The notes under the pieces were generated by a model, which was not told where the DNA came from, did not search any database, and saw only the letters and a program-made list of their open reading frames with translations. Both the position numbers and the translations under genes were made by a program. Shown here one piece after another: positions 1 to 8,386 of a stretch of DNA of 42,105 bases (the first letter of the stretch is position 1; each line of letters starts with the position of its first letter). Source of the DNA: Nanobdellota archaeon (GTDB taxonomy: Archaea > Nanobdellota > Nanobdellia > Woesearchaeales > GW2011-AR4); the NCBI GenBank assembly GCA_022565235.1, contig JADFJW010000002.1:1-42105 (forward strand). Reading direction: 5' to 3'.

Positions 1-331
1 TATATGCGTGCGCTTGCATCAAAAAAGGAACAGTGACGAGACATTCAAAGATCCATGCCAGTTCTATGTGTTGTGGGACTTCAGATTGTCTGAACATGAT
101 TACTTTTTTTGGATCAACACCAACAGCTAAATAGTCAATAGCAATGTTAAGTATATTTTCTTTTAGCGCTTTTGGGTCTTTGAGTGTCGTGAGAGCATGA
201 TAGTCCACTATCAAGAGAAAACTCTCAAATTTCTGATATTCATCTAAAAAAGGCCTCAGAACGCCGAAATAATTTCCAATATGAAGCTCGCCGGAAGGCT
301 GTAAGCCAGTGAGTAATCTCTCTTTCTGCAT
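1..331 (-). CDS. trpS: Tryptophan--tRNA ligase, bacterial type, N-terminal part (gene continues beyond the left edge)
   Basis: Absent from the ORF track because it is truncated. My translation from the ATG at 331 (complement) reads MQKERLLTGLQPSGELHIGNYFGVLRPFLDEYQKFESFLLIVDYHALTTLKDPK...FRQSEVPQHIELAWIFEC. PSGxLHIGNY plus VDYHALT is the bacterial TrpRS signature. Confidence 0.8.
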   Translation of the reverse strand, partial: MQKERLLTGLQPSGELHIGNYFGVLRPFLDEYQKFESFLLIVDYHALTTLKDPKALKENILNIAIDYLAVGVDPKKVIMFRQSEVPQHIELAWIFECLVTVPFLMQAHAY

Positions 332-623
332 AGGCAAAATAGTACCAGAAAATAAGGCTCTTTGGAAGATTAGAGAATCTATAATATAGAAATAGAAAGC
401 TTGACACTGTATATTGGCAAAAGTTATGATGTGAAAAGAGTACAAGTAGCTGCATTATGGAGGATAAAGCTGATGATAGGAAAAGTCATGTTGGTCCTGC
501 ACATGCCTTCTGCTAAGGATCTTTGTTTCATAGTAATATGCCAGAAAAACGACGTGGAAGATGTAGAGTTTTTCAGAACCGATCCAGCTACAGAGTCTGA
601 GCATTTGCAATTATGTAAAGAAG

Positions 624-1505
624 ATGACAGGGAATACACAAGAATGTGCTGATACCATGATCAAGATTATGAGAGGCGAAAAGATCAAGGGAGACTGGGG
701 ATCTCCTTCATACAAAGATGTTTTGGACGCAACCAAATGGCTCGTAGAGCAAGCCTGGGGCAAATCTCCTATCATCATTCAACCAGGCTCAGATTCAGGA
801 TATGACATCAGACGGATGATTCTATTGGAACTACAAAAGAAAGATGAACAAGAGAAAAAATTAAGGGAAAAGGAAAGAAGAGAAAAGTTAAGGGAAGATA
901 ATAGAAAAAATATGAAGAAAAAACTCTTTAATTTCTTTCATGATTTAGGCCTAGTTAGGACTGAGAAGGAGAAAAGAGAGTTCATGAAGCAAAGAGCGGC
1001 AAGAAGAAAGTATAGAGAGCTCGAGAGGAAAAAGGGGGAAGAGGAAAATAGGAAGATAGAAGCGGAAGAAGAGAGAAGGCAAGATACTGAAAGAAAAAAT
1101 GAGGAAGGAAAGCAGGGGAAATTAGAGGAAGAGAGAAAACTAATAGCTACAGAGAAGAGAGAAAGAGAAGAGGTTAGGAGGAATAAACAGGAAGAAGAGA
1201 AAAGGAGAGAAGAAGCTGGAAGAAAAAGAAAATACGAAGAAGAAAAGGAAAAGCACAAAAAAGAAGCTGAGTTAGCAGAAAAAGCCAGGATAGAAATAAA
1301 TAAAAAGAGGGAGGGCAAGAGCCGCGATTTCATCAAATGTCATAAATTATTGTTAAAAGCTGGCAAGGAACTGCAGAATAATAATGCTGCCGAAGCAAAG
1401 AAACTTTATTCAAAAACAAGGAAAGTGTACATCAAACTGGGATATTTTGAGAAAAAAGAGATGTATCATGAATTGACAGGTTTATATAACAATTTAAAGA
1501 GATAA
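624..1505 (+). CDS. Lys/Glu/Arg-rich coiled-coil protein, paralog of 20449..21600; start uncertain (possibly ATG at 816)
   Basis: 293-aa ORF. Its conserved island KKLFNFFHDLGLVRTEKEKREF matches KKTFEFFHGVGLVKTEQEKKEF in the 20449 protein. Both also share a Tyr/Leu-rich C-terminal helix. The first ~64 aa differ in composition and G+C. Confidence 0.55.
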   Translation: MTGNTQECADTMIKIMRGEKIKGDWGSPSYKDVLDATKWLVEQAWGKSPIIIQPGSDSGYDIRRMILLELQKKDEQEKKLREKERREKLREDNRKNMKKKLFNFFHDLGLVRTEKEKREFMKQRAARRKYRELERKKGEEENRKIEAEEERRQDTERKNEEGKQGKLEEERKLIATEKREREEVRRNKQEEEKRREEAGRKRKYEEEKEKHKKEAELAEKARIEINKKREGKSRDFIKCHKLLLKAGKELQNNNAAEAKKLYSKTRKVYIKLGYFEKKEMYHELTGLYNNLKR

Positions 1506-1552
1506 TTCTAAAAAAGAATAATAATAAATAATATGTTACAATACTTGTAAGA

Positions 1553-2677
1553 ATGGATAAGGTTATTGGGGACAAAACAGGAAAGAAAGACTCTACATTA
1601 GAGAAAATAAAGGAATTAGAAGAACAAATAAGCAAGACAAAATACAACAAGAAAACGCAGCATGCCATTGGCCTGTATAAGGCACAACTGGCTAATCTCA
1701 AGGAAAAACAGAAAGCGCGTTCAGGAGGTAAAAAAGGGGAAGGTTATTCGGTAAGGAAGACCGGAGATGGTACAGTGGTTTTGCTTGGATTTCCATCTGT
1801 AGGTAAATCAACTTTGCTTAACGCTACAACTAATGCAAATTCTCCTGTCGGCAGCTATGCTTTTACAACTTTAACCGTTATTCCGGGAATATTGAGCTAT
1901 AAATATGCCAAGATACAAGTCCTGGATGTCCCTGGAGTTGTGCATGGCGCTGCTGCCGGTACAGGCCGCGGAAAGGAGGTTTTGGCCGTTATCCGGAATG
2001 CAAATCTGATTTTATTTTTGATAGATGTCTTTCATCCGGAGCATTATGAAGCCTTAAAGAAAGAGGTCTATGATTCCGGTGTTAGGATTAATGCAAAGAT
2101 TCCCGATGTTAAGATTGTTAAAACAGCCAGAGGAGGAGTAAATGTTGGGACGACGGTTAAATTGACGAAATTGGATAAGAAGACTGTTGAGGATATTTTA
2201 AAAGAATTTAAGATAAGTAATGCTAATGTCGTTATTAGGGAAGATATAGATGCTGACCAATTGATAGATGTTATCGAAAGCAATAAGATATATCTGCCGG
2301 CAATAACTGTTTTGAATAAGATAGATATGATTGAAAAAGAAGGACTTAATAAAATTAAGAAGAAAATAAAGCCTGATTTATGCGTTTCTGCTGAGAAAAA
2401 TATCGGAATTGATGATTTAAAAGAGCTTATATACAAGAAACTTAGAATTATCAGGATTTATCTTAAGGAATACAATAAAAAAGCAGATATGGAAGAGCCT
2501 TTGATAATGTGGCAAGATTGCACATTGAAGGATTTATGCCTTAAGTTGCACAAGGATTTTGTGGATGAGTTTAAGTTTGCCAAGATTTGGGGCTCTAGCA
2601 GATTTCCCGGACAGATGATCGTAAAATTAAGTTATGAACTAAAAGACAAGGATGTAGTTGAATTACGTATGAAATAA
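1553..2677 (+). CDS. drg: Drg/Rbg-family GTPase (OBG-like) with C-terminal TGS domain
   Basis: G1 motif GFPSVGKSTLLN, G3 DVPG, G4 NKID. It has the N-terminal helical segment and C-terminal TGS-like segment typical of archaeal/eukaryotic DRG. Confidence 0.85.
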   Translation: MDKVIGDKTGKKDSTLEKIKELEEQISKTKYNKKTQHAIGLYKAQLANLKEKQKARSGGKKGEGYSVRKTGDGTVVLLGFPSVGKSTLLNATTNANSPVGSYAFTTLTVIPGILSYKYAKIQVLDVPGVVHGAAAGTGRGKEVLAVIRNANLILFLIDVFHPEHYEALKKEVYDSGVRINAKIPDVKIVKTARGGVNVGTTVKLTKLDKKTVEDILKEFKISNANVVIREDIDADQLIDVIESNKIYLPAITVLNKIDMIEKEGLNKIKKKIKPDLCVSAEKNIGIDDLKELIYKKLRIIRIYLKEYNKKADMEEPLIMWQDCTLKDLCLKLHKDFVDEFKFAKIWGSSRFPGQMIVKLSYELKDKDVVELRMK

Positions 2678-2678
2678 T

Positions 2679-3581
2679 TTAAAGTAAACTCTGCAAATAC
2701 CCTTTTTTAGTGGAAAAGTTATGTTTTTTTGCCAGCTTGTCTATGCCTTTTACAAAATTGCTTCCGTACTGTGCTGCTTTTTTCTTGCGCCATGCAAATT
2801 CTTTTTCCAGGCCAAATTCTTCTGCTATTTCCCTCAGTATTAATTTCTTATCAGTTTTATCTATTTTATACATCGGATTTACCTGCATAGCAGCTTTTAT
2901 CAATTCCAAATCCATGTAGGGTGTTTTTAATTCTATGTTCAGATGCTTCGCTATTTTGGAGTCTCTTAGTAAATCCCTGGCCCACATATTTTTAAGGCCG
3001 TTCCAGGACTCTTTATGGACAGCTTCAAAGTTGTTTTGTTGCAATGCTTCTTCATGCCTTTGATAGCCTGCAAATGTTTCTTCTGTTCCTAAACCACCAA
3101 ACAATATTTTTATGTTGTTTTGCAAGGCTAGCTGCGCTGTTGCGTATACAACAGAGCCGACAGAAACCCAGACAATTTCGGCGCTTTTTAGAATTTTAAT
3201 GGTTTCCTTGATTGTATTTTCTAATTCTTCTAAGGTTAATATTTTATATTTTAGGTCAAAATTATATTTTTCTGCTATAATTCTCGCATATTCAATGTCC
3301 TGGGAATTTTCAAGGCCTATTGTAAAGCAGGTAAAATCATAATTATGTTTTTTGCACAGGAAGGCAATTAAGGTACTATCAACCCCGCCAGAGAACAATA
3401 TACCGAATTTTCCCAGGTTGTTTGCCCTCGTAGTTACTGCTTTTTCTATCAAATTCTTGAGTTTTCTCTTTGCTCTTTCTTTATTTGTATCTAGATCCTC
3501 ATATTTAGTTTCTATAGAGGCTATGAGCTTTTCCCATTCTTCTTTTTCTATTAAACTGTTTTCTTTAATGAAAATTTCCAT
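2679..3581 (-). CDS. Asparagine synthase-related PP-loop ATPase (synthetase domain only)
   Basis: PP-loop motif ILFSGGVDSTLIAFL. Overall layout resembles the AsnB C-terminal domain, with no glutaminase domain. Confidence 0.7.
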   Translation of the reverse strand: MEIFIKENSLIEKEEWEKLIASIETKYEDLDTNKERAKRKLKNLIEKAVTTRANNLGKFGILFSGGVDSTLIAFLCKKHNYDFTCFTIGLENSQDIEYARIIAEKYNFDLKYKILTLEELENTIKETIKILKSAEIVWVSVGSVVYATAQLALQNNIKILFGGLGTEETFAGYQRHEEALQQNNFEAVHKESWNGLKNMWARDLLRDSKIAKHLNIELKTPYMDLELIKAAMQVNPMYKIDKTDKKLILREIAEEFGLEKEFAWRKKKAAQYGSNFVKGIDKLAKKHNFSTKKGYLQSLL

Positions 3582-3742
3582 TTGTTTTGGAATACAGGGC
3601 GGTTTTAAAAATTTTATTGAATTATCATAGATTTTCTACATGTCAAAAACCAGCGAAAACCAACAGAAGGACTATATCGTTTTTCTGGGCTTGCTAACAC
3701 AAACCAACAGACTATTTTGACTCGGTTTTTGAGCATGAACTG

Positions 3743-3815
3743 AGAAATTTGCAAAGCAAATTTCTGGTTTGATGAAAATCAAAGATTTTCAAGTGCCAGA
3801 AACCATAGGTTTCTG
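3743..3815. repeat. Three consecutive perfect short hairpins (stems 10, 8 and 8 bp, 3-nt loops)
   Basis: AGAAATTTGC-aaa-GCAAATTTCT at 3743-3765. TGAAAATC-aaa-GATTTTCA at 3773-3791. CAGAAACC-ata-GGTTTCTG at 3797-3815. They lie in a 323-nt divergent intergenic region. Confidence 0.6.
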
Positions 3816-3904
3816 AGCATGTTAAAAATCCATTGGGAATTTTAAACACTTGGAGATCTTTGGTTTCCGACATATTTAAATAATGCAATTATTACTTATT
3901 TACT

Positions 3905-4150
3905 ATGGCAAAAAAAGAATCCAACGCAAACACGGATGAGCAGATAGGTTTCCATAAGGGTGCACTGACAACATTAGCTAAGGAAAGGGAAGAAATGCTG
4001 AGGATACTGCAGATAGTTGAGCAGCTGATGCAGATGCACATAAAATCATTGAAGGGTTTAGGGGTAGATTTGGCAGAAGCTGCTAAAAATGTTAAAGTAT
4101 CTGAGAAAAAAGAATGGAAGAAAAAGCGAATAGAAGATATAATAAAATAG
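3905..4150 (+). CDS. Small helical hypothetical protein (81 aa)
   Basis: Only the ORF in an otherwise empty interval and a Lys/Glu-rich helical composition support this. No motif recognised. Confidence 0.4.
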   Translation: MAKKESNANTDEQIGFHKGALTTLAKEREEMLRILQIVEQLMQMHIKSLKGLGVDLAEAAKNVKVSEKKEWKKKRIEDIIK

Positions 4151-4183
4151 TGCTATAAATTATATAATTCTTGATTAATAAAA

Positions 4184-4603
4184 ATGAAATACTCTTTTAC
4201 ATGTTATGGGCACAAAAACATTACATCCAGGCATAAAACTACATTGGAGTTTACAAAAGACAATGAAATGGGATTGGAAGGGGAGTGTATTGTTGGGGTA
4301 AAGGCTGATTTTTCTTTAGATCCATTAAAAAAATTCATTAAATCTCATAACAATTATAAGAAAATAACAATAACTATAGAAACTATAAACAATGACTCAG
4401 ATAAAAATAAGATAATCGAGGAAATTAATGCTGAGATCAATCCTAGGTTTAATTCTGACAATGATATGGTGATAAGGAAGAGTGATTTTATTGATGGAAG
4501 AACTTTTGCAATAAAGGCTGATAAGGCTGCATGCGATCTGAATAAGGGTTTAATAAGAAATATTGCTAATTCACATAAAAAACTAAGGATTATAATTAAA
4601 TGA
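4184..4603 (+). CDS. DUF371-family protein
   Basis: YGHKNITSRHKTTLEFTKD...GECIVGV matches the DUF371 pattern (GHxNIxxxHxTTxExTKD...GDCIIGV). Confidence 0.65.
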   Translation: MKYSFTCYGHKNITSRHKTTLEFTKDNEMGLEGECIVGVKADFSLDPLKKFIKSHNNYKKITITIETINNDSDKNKIIEEINAEINPRFNSDNDMVIRKSDFIDGRTFAIKADKAACDLNKGLIRNIANSHKKLRIIIK

Positions 4604-4695
4604 TTTTTTACCAAAGTTTATAAATAAATGTGCTATTCCTGTATGTTATATAATTTATATATATTATAGATATCAAGAGGGGAGTATATCATAAA

Positions 4696-5679
4696 ATGGG
4701 AATGATAATAGACTATAATAGGGAAGGTGAACTGTTAAAAGAATTAGAAGGTATAGTAGATGCCGAAGAACGAAAATCAAGATTATTGGAAGTCATTGAA
4801 GGTATTGAAGGTATACTTGTACCTCAATATGCAGATGGTCTGAAGGATGTAAAAAAGCTTGAACATAGGCTGACTCAAAGAACAAGTTTCACTAGAGAAG
4901 CATTAGAAATATTTTCAAGAGGGGTACAAGAACCATTAAAGCGCGGATTAGATGATTTAAAGGGTTATAATAGAGATACCGTAAATGGAGTATTTATTGC
5001 CCTTTATGAACACTTAGTTAATGAAATTAAAACAAGACAATTAGATTACATTGTAGACCATAACAGGGATGACGATACGAATGCGGAACTAGCAGAACTC
5101 ATGGATCAAATAAATATTTATCATGCGTATTCTACATGGGTAAATCAGAATGAAAGGTCTATTGAAGGATTAGATCAACAGGAAATGGAAAAAGCTTCTA
5201 AGCAATTCAGGGATTTAAAAAAGTCTGCTGTGGGTTTTATGAGTGCATTTAGAAGTCTTCTGTGGCAGGACAATAACATTGTATCTATATATGCTTTGTT
5301 TGATGGCAGTAAAACGTTGGAAAATTACGACGCTTCTGTAGAAGTATTAGATGGAACTATTACTGATTGTGCAATGATAGTTTCGAGCTCCTCCAACATA
5401 AGAGGTAATGGTTGGTCTGCGGTAATAAAACTAGCTAGTACTATTCGACTAAATGCAGAATATTATTTTTTGAAAATGGGTTATGATGTATATCATGATA
5501 ATAATATGAGGGCCAATTTGCAGGATCCAGAACAGTTCAAGCAGGATTTGATGAGCAGGGCGAGATCTATGAGATATTTGCATGTTACAAATATAATTGG
5601 CGGTCCTTCAGCGCTGCAATTATCGACTAAAGAGCGAACGTTTTATGAAGTAGAATTAAATCCTAAACCATCGAAGTAA
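4696..5679 (+). CDS. Hypothetical protein (327 aa), orphan by eye
   Basis: Long ORF preceded by the SD-like GAGGGGAG about 10 nt upstream. Its composition is less Lys/Ile-rich than its neighbours. No motif recognised. Confidence 0.6.
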   Translation: MGMIIDYNREGELLKELEGIVDAEERKSRLLEVIEGIEGILVPQYADGLKDVKKLEHRLTQRTSFTREALEIFSRGVQEPLKRGLDDLKGYNRDTVNGVFIALYEHLVNEIKTRQLDYIVDHNRDDDTNAELAELMDQINIYHAYSTWVNQNERSIEGLDQQEMEKASKQFRDLKKSAVGFMSAFRSLLWQDNNIVSIYALFDGSKTLENYDASVEVLDGTITDCAMIVSSSSNIRGNGWSAVIKLASTIRLNAEYYFLKMGYDVYHDNNMRANLQDPEQFKQDLMSRARSMRYLHVTNIIGGPSALQLSTKERTFYEVELNPKPSK

Positions 5680-6115
5680 TTCTTCTGCTCTTACTAACAT
5701 AATTCAAAATTCTGCTATTCTTATATTTCCCAGTACCTAAGAAATCATCCTTATTTTTAATTATTACAAAACCATCAAAATTTTCGTTGATTTCCAAATC
5801 TTCTCCCCGAAACCATTGCTTTACCTGCCCTTCATCAATTTCTACTATATTTTTTGCTGCTTTTGGGCCTATAATTTGGCTGCCTTCTATGCTCAACCTT
5901 ATGCCATGTTCAAGGTCGCAGAAATACATTCCAATAGAATTAATCCTTAATTTCTCTAATTCAATTTTTGAAATGTCTTTATTAATGATGAAAACCCTGT
6001 TTTTGTTGTTTTTAAGTAATGCGCAGTTTAGTTTTAATTTTGCAGCCCATTGGTTTTCTATCAGCTTTAGAATCTCTTTTTTTTCTTTGCTGTTCAGGAT
6101 TTGCAGCTGAGGCAT
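5663..6115 (-). CDS. NIP7/PUA-like small RNA-binding protein (tentative)
   Basis: I prefer the ATG at 6115 (MPQLQIL...), 2 nt after the aIF5B stop codon. The C-terminal ...DGFVIIKNKDDFLGTGKY... resembles the PUA-type domain of NIP7-like archaeal proteins. Confidence 0.5.
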   Translation of the reverse strand: MPQLQILNSKEKKEILKLIENQWAAKLKLNCALLKNNKNRVFIINKDISKIELEKLRINSIGMYFCDLEHGIRLSIEGSQIIGPKAAKNIVEIDEGQVKQWFRGEDLEINENFDGFVIIKNKDDFLGTGKYKNSRILNYVSKSRRITSMV

Positions 6116-6117
6116 CT

Positions 6118-7881
6118 TCAGACTCCCCAAACCAGATTCTTTTTTCTCATTATCTCTGCTATTTCCTTTAAGATAGATTTCTCTTCCTCTGATAACAGCC
6201 CTTTAAGCTCTTTTAATTTCATAAAGTCGCCTTCCGGCACCGCTGAATACAGGATGTCGCCTTCATTAATTTGCCTTCCTACTGTAACTTTCGGCAACGA
6301 GATAGCTACCTGCTTTCCCTTCTCTGCCTCATTGATGTTTTTCTGGTTTTCCTGGATGCTTTTTATTTCTGTTATTTTTTTCCCGTCTTTTTTCATCAAG
6401 GGTATATCTACCTTGATTTTTCCTTCCAGGACATCAACACCTACAACAGCCGGGTTGTTCTGCCTAAAAATATAGCCTTTTAGTATCTGGAGCTTGCATG
6501 GCCTCACCAGGAACTCAATTTTATGGCTTTCCAGAAGTTGTTTCTCTTCTTCCTTATATTTTTCAAAATCTTCAATAAGCTTGTAGATCACATTATTTGT
6601 AAGCACTTTAACATTCTGATATGCTATTATGTCGGGCGTTAGCTTGACGTTAAAACCCAGAATAATGGAGTTTAAAGGGTCTTTTTCATAGTTAATGGAT
6701 GCATCTGAAATGTCTTTTTTTGATATGCTTCCGATAGATGCCCTTTTTACCGGAATATTTTTTTCTTTTAATAACTTAATAAGCGCTTCCAGGCTCCCTA
6801 AAGAGTCTGCTTTTATTACTATGCCTTCTTTGTCGGTCTCAATTATCACTTCCTCTACTTCTTTTTTGATTTCCTGCTTTACCTTTTCTATTTCATTTTT
6901 CATACATGACCTTAGCGGCATTCCTGCTACAACATTTTCTATGTCCGGGGCTGAAATTTTGATGCCTGTAGCGGCAGAAACTTTAGAAGCATTAACAAAT
7001 TTTGTTTTTTTATCGCTGATGTCTTTTAAAGGTAATGGTTCTAACAAAGCTTTTACTTTTGTGGCTATTGGTTCATCAAGAGTTCCTATTACCACTACAT
7101 CATTTTTCTTTAGAGTCCCGTCATAGATTATGACATCCATTGTTTTTCCTATCCCTTTGTCTTCTTTGACCTCTAAAACAGTACCTTTTGCATTTCCATC
7201 TATATTTACGTTTAAGCTTTGTTCCATGAATTTTTGAGCTAAACCTGTAAGGACCATTAATAACTCCTGGATACCTTCTCCGGTTTTTGCTGATGTGGGT
7301 ATGATTGCAATTTGTTTTGTATGATCTTCTATGCGATCAAATCTTTCAGCATTAAAACCTAGTTCTGAGAGTTTTCCGACTAATTCGTAGAGTTTCGTAT
7401 CCAGAAATTTTTGTATGGTTTCTGACTGGGATTGTATGTTTTGGATTAAGAAGATGTTTTTAGGCTGCCAGCCGGGAATTAAGTCAATTTTGTTTAAGGA
7501 TATGATGAAAGGTGTTTTATACTGCTTTAATATGTCAATGCATTCAAGAGTTTGCAGCATTATGCCTTCATTTATGTCTATGACCAAGATTGCTATATCT
7601 GCTAAATTGCCTCCGCGCTTTCTTAGTGATGTAAAGGCTGCATGGCCCGGGCTGTCGATGAACAGCAATCCAGGGATTGTAAGCTTTAATTTTAGCGTAT
7701 CTAAAAGATTTCCGCATATTTTTTTTACTGTTTCCAGGGTAATGTTGCTGCAACCAATGTGCTGGGTGATTTTTCCAGCTTCTTGCTGGGCTGTAGAGGT
7801 CTGCCTAATAAAATCCTGCAAGCTGGTTTTTCCATGGTCAATATGACCCATAAATGTTATTATTGGCTGCCTTAATTTCAT
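6118..7881 (-). CDS. infB: Translation initiation factor aIF5B (IF-2 homolog)
   Basis: MKLRQPIITFMGHIDHGKTSLQD (G1), DSPGH (G3), NKIDL (G4), then domains II-IV. The ORF track extends to 7938, but the conserved N-terminus begins at the ATG at 7881. Confidence 0.9.
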   Translation of the reverse strand: MKLRQPIITFMGHIDHGKTSLQDFIRQTSTAQQEAGKITQHIGCSNITLETVKKICGNLLDTLKLKLTIPGLLFIDSPGHAAFTSLRKRGGNLADIAILVIDINEGIMLQTLECIDILKQYKTPFIISLNKIDLIPGWQPKNIFLIQNIQSQSETIQKFLDTKLYELVGKLSELGFNAERFDRIEDHTKQIAIIPTSAKTGEGIQELLMVLTGLAQKFMEQSLNVNIDGNAKGTVLEVKEDKGIGKTMDVIIYDGTLKKNDVVVIGTLDEPIATKVKALLEPLPLKDISDKKTKFVNASKVSAATGIKISAPDIENVVAGMPLRSCMKNEIEKVKQEIKKEVEEVIIETDKEGIVIKADSLGSLEALIKLLKEKNIPVKRASIGSISKKDISDASINYEKDPLNSIILGFNVKLTPDIIAYQNVKVLTNNVIYKLIEDFEKYKEEEKQLLESHKIEFLVRPCKLQILKGYIFRQNNPAVVGVDVLEGKIKVDIPLMKKDGKKITEIKSIQENQKNINEAEKGKQVAISLPKVTVGRQINEGDILYSAVPEGDFMKLKELKGLLSEEEKSILKEIAEIMRKKNLVWGV

Positions 7882-7998
7882 GCTAAATAGTAATAGAATG
7901 TGTTTTTTAAAGGTTGTTGTTATTTTGTTGTATAGCATAAAACATAGAAATATTTAAATATAAGATACTATTCTTGAATAGTATCAGTTCGTGGTGGT

Positions 7999-8346
7999 TT
8001 GATGAAAAGTTACAAAATCTTATTTGTTATGTTTATAGCATTGGGCTTGATTGGATCTATCAGGGGCAATGATCCTGTAAGTTTTGGAGATATGTTCTTT
8101 ATGCATGTCAATGTCATCAATGATGGAACAAAAGACTTAGATGATCTGAAGGTAAGAGTTGTTATTTATGATTTGGGTGTCATTATGCAGACAAATCCTT
8201 TTGACCTGAATGATGGTGATACAGACGGCAAATTCCTATTCTGGGATGTTCCAAGATATGTGGAACCAGGATATTATTGGGCCAGAATAACTGTAAGCAA
8301 TGATGATGTCAGAGAAGTTACTCATAGAGTTATCACAATAGTTTAA
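7999..8346 (+). CDS. Small secreted protein, CARDB/Ig-like fold suspected
   Basis: N-terminal signal-like segment MMKSYKILFVMFIALGLIGSIRG. The stretch VNVINDGTKDLDDLKVRVVIYDLG resembles CARDB-type beta-sandwich repeats. ATG at 8002 is an alternative start. Confidence 0.5.
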   Translation: MMKSYKILFVMFIALGLIGSIRGNDPVSFGDMFFMHVNVINDGTKDLDDLKVRVVIYDLGVIMQTNPFDLNDGDTDGKFLFWDVPRYVEPGYYWARITVSNDDVREVTHRVITIV

Positions 8347-8386
8347 ATCCAATAGTTTTTTATTTTAACTATAATTCTAGCATATT

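Noticed and set aside
938-1336. 132-aa minus-strand ORF inside the K/E-rich gene. The same applies to 20553..21134 and 20966..21151 inside its paralog.
   Set aside because: These are Ser/Phe/Leu-rich mirror images of the GAA/AAG-rich sense strand, a typical antisense artefact of low-complexity coding DNA.
3640-3846. Several 8-43 codon ORFs on both strands of the hairpin-rich spacer. Examples are MSKTSENQQKDYIVFLGLLTQTNRLF on the plus strand and ML(R/K)N... peptides on the minus strand.
   Set aside because: They have no SD, they overlap palindromes that generate ORFs on both strands, and they are too short to evaluate.
7882-7938. N-terminal 19-aa extension of aIF5B.
   Set aside because: The conserved G domain starts right after the ATG at 7881. 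The extension (MLYNKITTTFKKHILLLFS) looks like read-through of promoter DNA.
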